A DNA stretch of 64,000 nucleotides from Trichinella spiralis (GCF_000181795.1 NW_003526945.1:2129848-2193847); one strand, 5' to 3'. Positions 14,001 to 26,853 are shown, counted from the first letter of the stretch. Program-made: numbers and translations. The notes: generated from the sequence alone by a model not told the origin.

Positions 14001-16617
14001 ACGTGGGCAGACGACTGCCATCAGCAAGAGTTTGCGTAGCAAACACGTTGTTACTGCCGAGTCGACGTCGGTGGTGAGCGACAGGGTAAATCGAGCGCCA
14101 CCGAAGCGTAGGGCAGTGAGCTCGAGCAGTGACATCCAAGATGGTTCTGCTGAGGGTGACCAGCCGACGAAACATTGCTCGGTCACGGTCGGTGCGTCCG
14201 GGACCGGGGCGACGATGGCGTCGGCCTCCTCTTTGGAAGAATTATCTAACACCAACGCTGAGGTGTTGTTGAAAGACAACAAGTTGGAATCGTCGTCGTC
14301 TGGGGCGGGTAAGATCTTGAATTTGGAAAAGCAAAATTCTGAAACGCTGGTTCAAGATGAACTGCAGCAATTGTTAAGTTCTGCTGCTAGTGCAGTTTCT
14401 ACTGGTACAGAGCAAAATTTGGCAACTAACGGAACGTCGAAAACGAAAAGTGACACAGAAAATGCTGCACAGATTGTTGTCGATGAGGCGGTTATGGTTG
14501 AGAAAAAAGATCAGTCGACAGAACAGTTGATGGAAATGATGCCACCAGCAGCGGTTGTGGAAGAGGATAGGGTCGTGGCCGAAAGTGGTGACCACGAACA
14601 GGCGGTGGCTGATAAAGCAGAGGCTTTGGATGAAGACACTCAAAATAAAGGTAAGAAAAAAACGGAGAATATTCAAAAGAAAAAGCAAAAGAAAAAAAAG
14701 AAAAAGAAGGAAGCCAAAGGGAAGAAGAGTAAAAAGAAGGATAAAAAGGATGATGATGATGATGAGAATAAGAAGGAGGATGGTGGTGATGGTGTGAAAG
14801 TTGTGAAGAAGAGTAAAAAGACGCACAAAGTTGTGAAAAAGAAGGAAACTTCGAATGAAGGCAAGAAAGTGAAGGATAAATTGAAAAAAGCAGGCGACAA
14901 GACTGCCGAAGGCAAGAAGAAGGGCGGTGGCCGAAAGACGGCAAAGAAAGATGGGAAGGAAGACGGTGCCACGGGCGGCACTTCAGGCGAAGGGCAAAAA
15001 GCGAAAAGTAGTAAAGCAGCTAAGAAGAAAGATGTTATTAAGCCGGGCACCACGACCGGTGCCGCTGTGTCAAAAAAGAAGAAAAAGAAGACGCCGAAAA
15101 ATGGCAATGGTGGTGGGGATGTTCAGGGTAGCAACAATGATGGCAACGATAATAATGACAAGCCAAAAAAGACCAAGAAAAAAGTAACGTTTGCGGATAG
15201 TCAGAAGGATGAGAAAAGTGATGTGAAGAAAAAGGGGGAAAAAAAGAAAAAGATTGCTGCTGCTGCTGCTGGGGCTAAGAAAAAAAGTGGGAAAAAATCG
15301 ACAACAGCTAAAGTGAACAAGAAGAAGAAGAAATCTGCCGTTACTTCTTCTACTGCCGCAAGTAACACTTCGACAACAACAACAGCTGCACCAAGTGCGA
15401 ATAGTAGCTCAAATGGTGGTGGTTCAACTACGAGTAATGATAATAACTCAGGCAAAACGAACAAAAATACCTCCTCCACCAATACGAGCACCAGCTCAGG
15501 TAATACAGGTAAAGCAGCGTCGGATGCAAGTGGCGCCAAAGGAACCGACGGCGCGACTGGGAAAACAGCTGCGAATGGTGGTGCTTCACCGGCTGTTGTA
15601 GTCGGTAATAAGAACGTGAAAAATGGGTGTGATAATAAGATTGTGAAGGCTGAGAACAAGAAAAATAAGAAGGAGAAGAAGAAGAAGGGCAAGAAAGTAG
15701 AAAATAAGAAAGGGAAAAAGGATCCCGGCAAACGAAACACGGAGCTAAAAAGAGTGACTGTAGTCAATTTTAAAACTGGTGAACTGGGTATGAAATCGTT
15801 GAAGAAAAAGTCCAAAAGAGGAGGAGGCAATAAAGGCAAAGGGAAAAAGAAACGAATTGTGCCAAAAAAACAGCCAAAGCCGTCCTCTCAGCCATCGAAA
15901 GGCCAACGCAAAACGACCAACGTTGTTGTTCCGCAGAAAAAGGAACGAAATAATCCATTTAAAATATTGCAAAAATTCATACCCGATGAACTGAAAATCG
16001 GTAAGAAAATGGTGTTTAGTTATCTTTTTTTTTGCTTAAAATTATGTAAATGTTATTTGTTTTATTATTTATTTTTTTATGTTTTGCAGAATTTCCATCC
16101 ATGTATGGCGATATGGATTTTAAAGATGTTAGTTTGAATATGTTGGAAAAAGAAGTGGACAGTGCTGCTGAAAATCCACAATTCGATCCGACCAAAGTGT
16201 TTATTTTTGAAGAAGAAGGTAAGTCTATGATTATAATAATAATTATTAGTTAGTTAGTTTTTTGTTTTTTGAATTTGAATTTTGAAAATGATTTTTATTT
16301 CTTTCTTTCACTTTTCATTTTCCATTTCAACAGCGGTGGATATCGATTCGAGTGAACGAGTTGCTTGGTTGGAAAGTCAGATGCAATTGTTCAAGGCGAA
16401 ATTTCGCGATGTTAACACGAAGATCAAGCAGGTTGAACGACTGCGTCGTCGAGCAGTGCGACTCTATCGCGCCAAAGACGTTCCCAGGCAAGTTCTTACA
16501 GTCGAGCAGTAGATTTTCAAATGAAATTTATTTTATATCATTTTGTTATATTTTTTAATCTCTGTTCATTATTTTTGTTCTAGTACTTCTGCTGGATCGT
16601 CCGAGATGGAAGTTTAA
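8019..16617 (+). CDS. ARID4: ARID4A/4B (RBBP1)-family chromatin protein, ~1373 aa; exons 8019-8027, 9444-9554, 10725-10878, 11902-11978, 12208-12286, 12356-12584, 12639-12718, 12785-13211, 13288-13387, 13462-16000, 16090-16218, 16334-16487, 16584-16617
   Basis: N-terminal Tudor (DPLFFPIGSEVSARFKGSFCQA...YTVDFDDGDEQTLRRHQLCL), RBB1NT/PWWP-like (CFPALVV...VVRSFITG), ARID (FVACLYKFMDERNTPINKCPMLAGKDLDLY...W...VAYERFLLSFE) and C-terminal R2-like coiled coil (ERVAWLESQMQ...ERLRRR). Exon lengths sum to 4122 nt. First exon (ATG AGC AAG|gtaatg) and last exon (GC donor) are less certain. Confidence 0.9.
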
Positions 16618-17179
16618 TTTTCCCATTTCTCTATACTTATTATTATCGCCAAAAATCTGTATCTCCCAATTCAATTCGTTTATCTATCGATACGCATCAG
16701 TATGTGACTGGTGGCCCTTTTTTTTTCTCCTTCTCTGTCTTAATCTTCTTTACCACGTACTATTTGATGACATTTCGTCAGATAGTAGTCTATAATTTAT
16801 CTGTTTACGGTTTTATCGTTCCGAAATTTATTGTTGCTTTTCTTTGCGTTTTGACTTAATATGTTTCAGGCAAATTTTGAGCACATTTTTTACATTTGCT
16901 TAGATTTCCTTTTACATACTTAAAAAACGAGGAACAAAGAAGGGGGCGACTCAAATGAAGAACGAAGTTACTGTTATTCGTCTTCTTAGTATAGCTATTG
17001 ATAGCATCACTATTTTTATTATTGATTTGTCTAGTTTTTATATCTTTTTCTTTAGAACGAAGAAACTCCCCCGCTTTATACCTTTCCGACACTTCAGCAA
17101 TCTTATTTTTTTTCCTTTTCAGCTTATTTCGAAATATTGTTACGATGCAAAACATCTTTTTAACTCATTNNNNNNNNNN

Positions 17180-18600
17180 ATCACAGGATAGAAATAACCT
17201 TCAAGATGATATTTTAATGTATTCAAATGACCGACACATTTCGATCCCTTTGAAACGGAACTTTTCTTTTTCAAGGTCATTATCAATGGAAATGTCAGAA
17301 TGAATGTACACATTGCTGCAAGTCTGTTCAGTCGTTCTTCTGTCATGGAAGTCCGGAAATAGCTTTTTAGATATTTCACTGCAGTAGAGCTTCGTTCTGC
17401 GTTGGCTGAGGTGATTGGCTGAGTAACGAAAATCTGTAGGAGTAAGGATACCATCGGGTAATAATCGTTTGGGCGCAATGCAAGAGCATCAAGCGCGTTA
17501 GCTGGATAATGATAAAGAAGTACGTTTTTACACTTTCTTTTCAGCGTGTAATTTCACACTTGAGTAGCTCGTTTTGGTCGTCGATATATCTTTACTAGGT
17601 GACCATCAGATTTTCTAATGGGCTTAAATCTTACTGATCAGAATCGACATATAAGGGCACTTAATGGCATGGCATTATTGCGGTGTGGAAGCAATTTGTC
17701 GAAGAACTACTGAATAGCGTTCTCCAAAAAAGTTTTCCACACCCTCAGTGGGTAATATTCTCTGTTTTCTTTTGGGTCGATAGATCTGCTCATTTGCCTG
17801 GATATATTTCGAGGGAGGGGTATTAAATCACTGTACAGCTTTTCAGCTGCTTCCAAAATCACACAAAAGCATTCCCTTGATTTACTCCTCCATTCTTCTA
17901 GAATTCATATTGTCTCAACATTGTAATACATCAAGGCGAGAGACCTGGAGAGGTGTTGAAAGCGGCAAAGTTAAAGAAAGCACTTTGTTCAGAACCGCCA
18001 ACAAAAGAACAATACTGCTTCGACATACTGCATCTCGTAACTGCTCTGCTTTCGAGGCGGCGCTACTGTCATTCCACTCAGTAATAAGCTGCAAAGAATC
18101 TACTTATGGCTGATACTAATGGCTCATCTCGTTTCACAAAGCGTGCTAAGGTGGCCGTATTTTTGGTTCTTAAGCGTACCTTCTACAATCAGCTTCTCGA
18201 TGAAAGTTTTAAGCGCAGTAAATCTTTTGAAGGACCACAATAAAAACAAACCGACCTCTAGAATCACACCAAAACAGTTAAGGATGGCTTAATTTTCAGA
18301 AGACTTAGTAATGGTCAAAATCAAGCAGTGACTTTTTGCAAGCTTTTTTGTGTCTTTAACTACTGAGAAGAAATTGCATAATTAAATCGACAATCAGACG
18401 CTGTATGATTGCTAGCGCATTCATTGCAGCGCTGCTATTTGACCATAGTGTTGTAAGTAACCGGTGCATTTTTCTGTGAAAATGAATATGCGACTGCTTC
18501 GTTTCAACGACATCTCTATCTTGTGTTGTCATCGACCGTAGATATCTGGCTACTGTTAGCTTGCTAATGAACCACTGATTATCTATTATTTTTGATTAGC
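17180..18600 (-). mobile_element. Degraded hAT-family transposase remnant (C-terminal dimerisation domain)
   Basis: ORF 17140-17478(-) contains YPMVSLLLQIFVTQPITSANAERSSTAVKYLKSYFRTSMTEERLNRLAAM, matching the hAT dimerisation motif. Upstream sequence is interrupted by stops. Boundaries approximate and a gap lies at 17170-17179. Confidence 0.8.
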
Positions 18601-19097
18601 ATTTCTATCACACGCTGTCAATGAAAAGGGCTTTTCGCATAAGTGAGAGTTGCATAAAAGTTTCAAAATACAGTCCAAAAATTAATTCTAAATTTCAAAA
18701 TGATTGAAATACAGGTAAAACAATGTCTTCTACTTACATGTTGTCTTTCTTCCTCTGTCAGACCTATGTATGCATTTCGACCACTTTCTTCTCTGGAAAA
18801 ATAATTAGGAATTAAAAATTTTAAATCAAATCGCATGAATTTTAATATTATTATCATACACTGTTATTCAGCTTCATTACTTTCTATAACATGGCTATTG
18901 CGTATTTGTTTATGTGATAATATTCATGCAAATGACATACAAATAACCATATATATTGAATCACTTACTTGCTTTTAACATGCAAATGAATTTATTCATG
19001 TACGAAATGGTGAATGATTGCTTTATGCAGGTTCCAGTAATGCTGAATTGATGTGGTACTTGGTGTGTCTGCAGCATCTATAAGCAACAAAGTAATA

Positions 19098-19473
19098 NNN
19101 NNNNNNNNNNNNNNNNNNNNNNNNNNNNNNNNNNNNNNNNNNNNNNNNNNNNNNNNNNNNNNNNNNNNNNNNNNNNNNNNNNNNNNNNNNNNNNNNNNNN
19201 NNNNNNNNNNNNNNNNNNNNNNNNNNNNNNNNNNNNNNNNNNNNNNNNNNNNNNNNNNNNNNNNNNNNNNNNNNNNNNNNNNNNNNNNNNNNNNNNNNNN
19301 NNNNNNNNNNNNNNNNNNNNNNNNNNNNNNNNNNNNNNNNNNNNNNNNNNNNNNNNNNNNNNNNNNNNNNNNNNNNNNNNNNNNNNNNNNNNNNNNNNNN
19401 NNNNNNNNNNNNNNNNNNNNNNNNNNNNNNNNNNNNNNNNNNNNNNNNNNNNNNNNNNNNNNNNNNNNNNNNN
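19098..19473. other. Assembly gap (376 N)
   Basis: N run; smaller 10-N gaps at 17170-17179 and 60000-60009. Confidence 1.
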
Positions 19474-20435
19474 CATTGTCGGAATATTCATTTACCTGTT
19501 AAATGATGGACGATAATGCAAAAGTGAGATTCACAATTGCACACCTCGGTCTTATGGCGACCAACCAAACTAACTAACCACGGAAAGCGATATTCTGCAA
19601 TATTGGATGATAGTACGCAAAGTTCGGTTTGGAAAAACAACCTAATTCTTGATGAGTAAGAGCGTAATAGCATAAATTAAAAGTGTTCTTTTATTAATTT
19701 GTTTGCTAAAATAAAAGCTATTTTGCTTAAAGGCATGTAATGTGATGAACAATGCAAATAGTATGAAAATTCATTTCATCAAGTTCATATAGCATATTAG
19801 AATCTACAATTAGTTGTGAAAAAAAATGAAATTCCCATTCTTGATACTGCCTGCACGCTATGCAAAATATTTTACATTGCCATCAAATATTAAGGACGGA
19901 AATAGCTTTATAAGAAAAGAGGAAGAACTAGTTAAGTAATGGACAATGCAATTTTATTACATACTTTCTCCAAAGGATCTCAAAAAGGAATTCCATTTTT
20001 CATTCTCATTACTGGAAATTATCAATCCAAGCACAGAATGAATGTCACTAACAGAAAATAGAAATCCGCTAGTTTTCAGATGGCGTATTCTTGAAGTCCT
20101 ACAATCACAACATATGAAACACAACTTGTTTTTCAGACATAGGTGATGTGGGTGAGTAAAATTCAAAACGCTGCTGGACAAATGGCCATATCACACTAAT
20201 CTAATGAATTGCTAACCACAGAGAGCACATTTTGAAGAGTTGCACAAGAGTAGCTGCACAATATAAAAAGCAATTCACAGTGACTCTGGTGTAGTAAGAG
20301 CAAAATGGCCTAAGGGAAATAGAAAAACTGAGGCAAGAAACATTTCAACAATTTTTGACAGTTCCTCAAATGCCCATCATTTAGTGTAGGACTGTTCTCA
20401 GGGCATTGCTAAAAAATTTCCATCTACAATAATAT

Positions 20436-23400
20436 TCATTTAAGCTACAGAAACTTTCAAAATTGACAATCTTTGTTCACAGAATATGTTTGATTTATTA
20501 CAATTCAGAGATAAGAATTTGCCAAATTATCTCATTAGAAAGCTATTTTTGTTTCATGTGCCAGTATTTTTATTCTAAAAATTTCAAATGCACAAACTGG
20601 AAAATTTATCAAATTTCTCAAAAAATCATTTATTTTAGATTATAAAAAAATTTACATACCTATAATAGGAACACAATTGCTTGCAATAATGATAAAATTA
20701 TTTCACAGAATGCCGTAGTTTCTGTGAAGCATGGAATATATTTCAACGTACAAACCAGTGGATACCTCAAAATATTCGAATAAATGCTATGCATGAGCTC
20801 AATTGTTTGAAATGAATTCTGAATTTATTTAATTACACAGCATTTGTAATGAAGATTCACCCTGGGCGACTACACATTATACTAATTATGCAAATTACAA
20901 TTGCATGCCTTTTATGTGGCAAAAGTAAATTTAAATATCCACAAATTCGGTCTGAATGAGATGCTTGGTAAATGGAAAAGATGGTAATGAGAACCACATT
21001 CCATTAAATGTTTGCTTTTCAACAAAGTAAACAATTACAGCGCTCGCGTTTTCATTTGCAGCAATTAATGATTATTTAAAAGAAATAATTAAAGAAATTC
21101 TATTCTATTAATCGTAAAAAAGATACGTTAGTAAAAATCTAACAGATTTGATGTCTGAAATGTTTCATGTGCAGAAATTGGCAGTCATTCCGGCCGTTGG
21201 AAAACAATTACTGATGGAGGACTTCTGTATATATTAAAATACGCAGAACCTCAAATTTAGTGCCCATTTATTCGAAAACTACCATGCAGTTTAAGATGAA
21301 AGTCTCTAAAATTCCATCTTCCATCAGTATGAAACTATAACAATCAAGATAAAGTCAAAATTTTGAAAACTGAATTTTCGCCAATTTTCGCAGAAACAAC
21401 CAAGTCTATGACCCATGAAATTTTGCAATTTTTGAGAAAAAATTTTTCTTTTTAAAAATTAAAGAAGTTGATTTTTAAAGATAAAGAATTATTTGTTGAA
21501 TACTAAAAAATTCTTCGAAACTTTCATGTTGATGCTTTTCTTGATAAGTACTTTAAAACGTGCTGCTTATAAATAGGATTTTAACAAATCAAAATAAAAA
21601 GAATTGAAAAATGAAAGTTAAATAAATATTTATATGGAATGGTGTTATTAATTTGCACAACAAAACTATGAATGTTTCCACAGGAAAAAAGGAATTTATT
21701 TTAATAAGAATTGTTCCTGATTTTCATTTAAAATACAGGAACTTTCAAAATTGACAATCTTTGTTCTCAGAATATTTTTGATTATTACAATTCAGAGATA
21801 AGAATTTGCCAAATTATCTCATTAGAAAGCTATTTTTGTTTCATGTGCCAGTATTTTTATTCTATAAATTTCAAATGCACAAACTGGAAAATTTATCAAA
21901 TTTCTCAAAAATTCATTAATTTTAGATTATAAAAAAATTTTCATACCTATAATTGGGACACAATTGTTTGCAATAATCACAAAATTATTTCACAGTTTGC
22001 CGTAGTTTTTTTGAAGCATGGAATATGTTTCAACGTACAAACCAGTGGATACCTCAAAATATTCGAATAAATGCTATGCATGAGCTCAATTGTTTGAAAT
22101 GAATTGTGAATTTATTTAATTACACAGCATTTGTAATGAAGATTCACCCTGGGCGACTACACATTATATTAATTATGCAAATTACAATTGCATGCCTTTT
22201 ATGTGGCAAAAGTAAATTTAAATATCCACAAATTCGGTCTGAATGAGATGCTTGGTAAATGGAAAAGATGGTAATGAGAACCACATTCCATTAAATGTTT
22301 GCTTTTCAACAAAGTAAACAATTACAGCGCTCGCGTTTTCATTTGCAGCAATTAATGATTATTTAAAAGAAATAATTAAAGAAATTCTATTCTATTAATC
22401 GTAAAAAAGATACGTTAGTAAAAATCTAACAGATTTGATGTCTGAAATGTTTCATGTGCAGAAACTGGCAGCCATTCCGGCCGTTGGAAAACAATTACTG
22501 ATGGAGGACTTCTGTATGTATTAAAATACGCAGAACCTCAAATTTAGTGCCCATTTATTCGAAAACTACCATGCAGTTTAAGATGAAAGTCTCTAAAATT
22601 CCATCTTCCATCAGTATGAAACTATAACAATCAAGATAAAGTCAAAATTTTGAAAACTGAATTTTCGCCAATTTTCGCAGAAACAACCAAGTCTATGACC
22701 CATGAAATTTTGTAATTTTTGAGAAAAAATTTTTCTGTTTAAAAGTTAAAGAAGTTGATTTTTAAAGGTAAAGAATTATTTGTTGAATACTATAAAATTC
22801 TTCGAAACTTTCATGATTGTGTATTTCTTGAAAAGTACTTTAAAACGTGCTGCTTATAAAAAGGATTTTAACAAATCAAAATAAAAAGAATTGAAAAATG
22901 AAAGTTAAATAAATGTTTATATGGAATGGTGTTGTTAATTTGCACAACAAAACTTTGAATGTTTCCACAGGAAAAAAGGAATTTATTTTAATAAGAATTG
23001 TTCCTGATTTTCATTTAAAATACAGGAACTTTCAAAATTGACAATCTTTGTTCTCAGAATATTTTTGATTATTACAATTCAGAGATAAGAATTTGCCAAA
23101 TTATCTCATTAGAAAGCTATTTTTGTTTCATGTGCCAGTATTTTTATTCTATAAATTTCAAATGCACAAACTGGAAAATTTATCAAATTTCTCAAAAAAT
23201 CATTTATTTTAGATTATAAAAAAATTTACATACCTATAATAGGAACACAATTGCTTGCAATAATGATAAAATTATTTCACAGAATGCCGTAGCTTCTGTG
23301 AAGCATGGAATATGTTTCACCGCACAAACCAGTGGATACCTCAAAATATTCGAATAAATGCTTTGCATGAGCTCAATTGTTTGAAATGAATTGTGAATTT

Positions 23401-24278
23401 ATTTAATTACACAGCATTTGTAATGAAGATTCACCCTGGGCGACTACACATTATACTAATTATGCAAATTACAATTGCATGCCTTTTATGTGGCAAAAAA
23501 TAAATTTAAATATCCACAAATTCGGTCTGAATGAGATGCTTGGTAAATGGAAAAGATGGTAATGAGAACCACATTCCATTAAATGTTTGCTTTTCAACAA
23601 AGTAAACAATTACAGCGCTCGCGTTTTCATTTGCAGCAATTAATGATTATTTAAAAGAAATAATTAAAGAAATTCAATTCTATTAATCGTAAAAAAGATA
23701 CGTTAGTAAAAATCTAACAGATTTGATGTCTGAAATGTTTCATGTGCAGAAATTGGCAGTCATCCGGCCGTTGGAAAACAATTACTGATGGAGGACTTCT
23801 GTATGTATTAAAATACGCAGAACCTCAAATTTAGTGCCCATTTATTTAAAAACTACCATGCAGTTTAAGATGAAAGTCTCTAAAATTCCATCTTTCATCA
23901 GTATGAAACTATAACAATCAAGATAAAGTCAAAATTTTGAAAACTGAATTTTCGCCAATTTTCGCAGAAACAACCAAGTCTATGACCCATGAAATTTTGC
24001 AATTTTTGAGAAAAAATTTTTCTTTTTAAAAATTAAAGAAGTTGATTTTTAACGGTAAAGAATTATTTGTTGAATACTATAAAATTCTTCGAAACTTTCA
24101 TGTTGATGCATTTCTTGAGAAATACTTAAAAAATGTGAAGCTTATAAAAAGGATTTTAACAAATCTAAATAAAAAGAATTGAAAAATGAAAGTTAATAAA
24201 TGTTTATATGGAATGGTGTTATTAATTTTTTCAACAAAACTATGAATGTTTTCACCGGAAGAAAGGAATTTATTTTAA
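20436..24278. repeat. Tandem array of ~1288-bp units, about 3 copies, AT-rich and highly similar
   Basis: Anchor AACTTTCAAAATTGACAATC at 20452, 21740 and 23027 (periods 1288 and 1287). The third copy stops at TTAA 24275-24278. Confidence 0.97.
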
Positions 24279-24800
24279 CCCTTGCGTCGTGTTCTGATAT
24301 TGTTACATGCTTCATGTTTCCGGTCAAATTGACCCGTGAGATAAATTTCTTTTTAGTGTGAGCTTCATTACCTAAAAAAAGTTTAAAAAATATACTTTAA
24401 TGTTTTTGTTAATAAAATAAGCAATGTGATTTTGATTTTTATTTTCAAATCGATGTATATACAGGTTATTTTTTGCGCAAAGCGAACAATAGTCACAAAT
24501 ATGGGCTTTACGTATAGAGATAGTTGTTTCTTTTTTTCACAGCGGCTAGGTGTTTTGTTGTCAGTGGCTTCGCAGAGTTGGCATCTTGAACTTTTTTTGT
24601 TTGATGCTCCTTGCAGTGTGCTTTGTGATGTTCCTTGTTCTTCGCTTTGAACTTTCCGTCGAATATGAGCTGACACCAAAGCTCATTAGTGATGTTCCTT
24701 TTAATTTTTCTTTCTTCGCTATGTCATACATATTGCGGTCTGCGACATGTTCACATATTGGAATGTAATAAATATATCATGAATCGCTTTGCTTTTAAGC
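24279..24800 (-). mobile_element. piggyBac (PGBD4-like) 3' end remnant
   Basis: TTAA|CCCTT terminus at 24275-24283, subterminal GGTCAAATTGACC palindrome, and minus-strand ORF with SSRCQLCEATDNKTPSRCEK matching a piggyBac Cys-rich C-terminal domain. No matching second terminus seen. Confidence 0.75.
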
Positions 24801-26322
24801 TTGCAATAAATAATAAAGAAAATGAAAAATGTTAAACCAGAAAAATTTCAAAATAACATCAAATACAAAATAAAGTAATACGAAATTAAATTTCCATGCA
24901 TAGAAAGCATTTTGATAATAGAAATAAATTGAAAATAATTTGTTCTTCAAAGAATATAGTAACGCATATTTTGAAATTAAACTAAACATGAAATGAAGAA
25001 AAATAAAATTTTTCAAATGCTGTGAATCATAAGAGGAATTGTATACAAAGATTTTCCTGCTTGAATAATATATCAACAAATATCTCAACCGTGGGTGATA
25101 GTCGCTGACTTAATTCAACTAACAGAACTCATTATATCCATACTGCATACAACTGACAGGAAATTAGATATAACTACGGTTATTCCTCGGCTTCAGACTG
25201 TTAGAATATAACATTTCAGGCTGTAAAACGTAGCCACATGCAAGATGAGAAATCAATCCAATATTTTAAACAGAATACATTACCATTTTGCTTGTTCGTA
25301 ATTTCTCAATCATGTCACCAATAGCACTTGTTTTCAGCTTCAATGATATGCATACGGAAAATGCCATCGTCTGTCTCATTCTTCAGCCAGTCGAATAATT
25401 GGGGGAAACGTTTACTAACATATGCTATCCATGATGCTGAATTGCCCAACCTTTGACAACTATCAAATCGCTTAACACGATAAAATTTGTACAGAAAGAA
25501 TATTTCTTTGTCGTAAAAAGCACACAAAAAATAATAGTTAATGACCATGATAAACGAAACCAAGAAAATTTTAACATCACTCACAAACAAATGCCAAAAT
25601 CATATTATCTAAAAAAAGTCAAAAATATTCAAATATCCATCCTTTAATGCACTGTTATGAATAATACAGTATTTGAAAATGATTATAAAGCGAGATATCA
25701 TACTGTGTGCAATGATATTGTGAATTTTTATCAAACAAATGCTACAGCAGTGTGCATAATTAAAATTAATTATGTACTGCAATATGATAATTCAATTTTT
25801 ATATTGAAGTCTTATGGTGAGAAATCAAATTATATTTTAACAAATGAAGACTGATCTGTGAATTCAAGAACTTTTGCATAAGCGCGTGCGTTGCTGAAAT
25901 TAAATTTTTGTACAGAAGAAAAAGAATGGTCGACAGAAATTGAATTTCAAAAACAAATTACCAAACCAATTCCAACAAAGAACTGATTGAACTGTGCAAA
26001 AAAGTTTTTAATGAATACCTACTATGTCAGCGATTGGGTTTTTATTTTTAAATTGTAACCGTCATCTGCCGATTTTGAAGCAGATATTTATTTACATACC
26101 GATGCTTTCAAATTTGAAAATTTTTATTAAATCTATTTCAAAACAAAACAAAATACAATGACATTTATTTTCAATAATTTTTAACAATAATACAATAATA
26201 CGGTATTTGAACGAATTCACCAAAACCTTTTTTCGTGGAATGACTTTGATAAAATGATTCGATAAGAAACCATGACTGCTTTCTTGGGTCAGTAGATTAA
26301 AAGATCTTTTGATGACATCTTT

Positions 26323-26853
26323 TTACTGTGACAATTCGACGCCTAACAACGGTGTCGTGTAACCTGGTGAAGCTGGATCGTAAAGCACATTGTCACCAGT
26401 GGGAAAAATGAGTATCTTCCTGTTCTTTTCACCGAATTCCGTCATTATTCTTCTGGAAATCCAATATCCCAGTGCGAAGCAGACGCACAGGATACCACAC
26501 CAGGCCAAAGCGAGAGCATTTTGCTTGAACCTCAGGATTGAAAGCAACATTCTGTACCGTCGTTGGAGAACAACTGAAGAAAACTGCTCCAGCAAACAAA
26601 AACGTTGCCTACACTTTAAACAATTTTACGTTTAAAATAACACGTTACCATTGACAACTTTAAACAAAATGACACTGGTAGAGTTTAATTTATTTCGAGT
26701 AGAGGTTATTTTTCAATTCAAATTTGATAATTGTAAAATTGCAATGAATATTTATTTATTTAATTGAATACAGCAAATTATTTTTCGAATGTTCTACAGA
26801 GTCCATTTTCTCCTTTCTCTGGATCCGTATTTCTTGAGCTGGTCCATTTGCAT
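26323..26853 (-). CDS. Hypothetical 113-aa single-pass membrane protein; exons 26853-26798 and 26608-26323
   Basis: ATG at 26853 and a GT-AG intron 26797-26609 join in frame: MQMDQLKKYGSRERRKWTLQRFCLLEQ...NALALAWCGILCVCFALGYWISRR...GVELSQ*. One hydrophobic segment. No family recognised. Confidence 0.45.

Noticed and set aside
13497..15972. Several long antisense Phe/Leu/Ser-rich ORFs
   Set aside because: Shadow ORFs of the low-complexity Lys-rich ARID4 exon.
16856..17169. Basic ORF (KKNKIAEVSERYK) vaguely like a pogo/Tigger HTH domain
   Set aside because: Too short, cut by a gap, and the similarity is too weak to support without a search.
19053..19502. ORFs spanning the N run
   Set aside because: Artefacts of translating the assembly gap.
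25090..25460. Coding-like minus-strand segment (SWIAYVSKRFPQLFDWLKNE)
   Set aside because: No family recognised and no reliable linkage to neighbouring exons.
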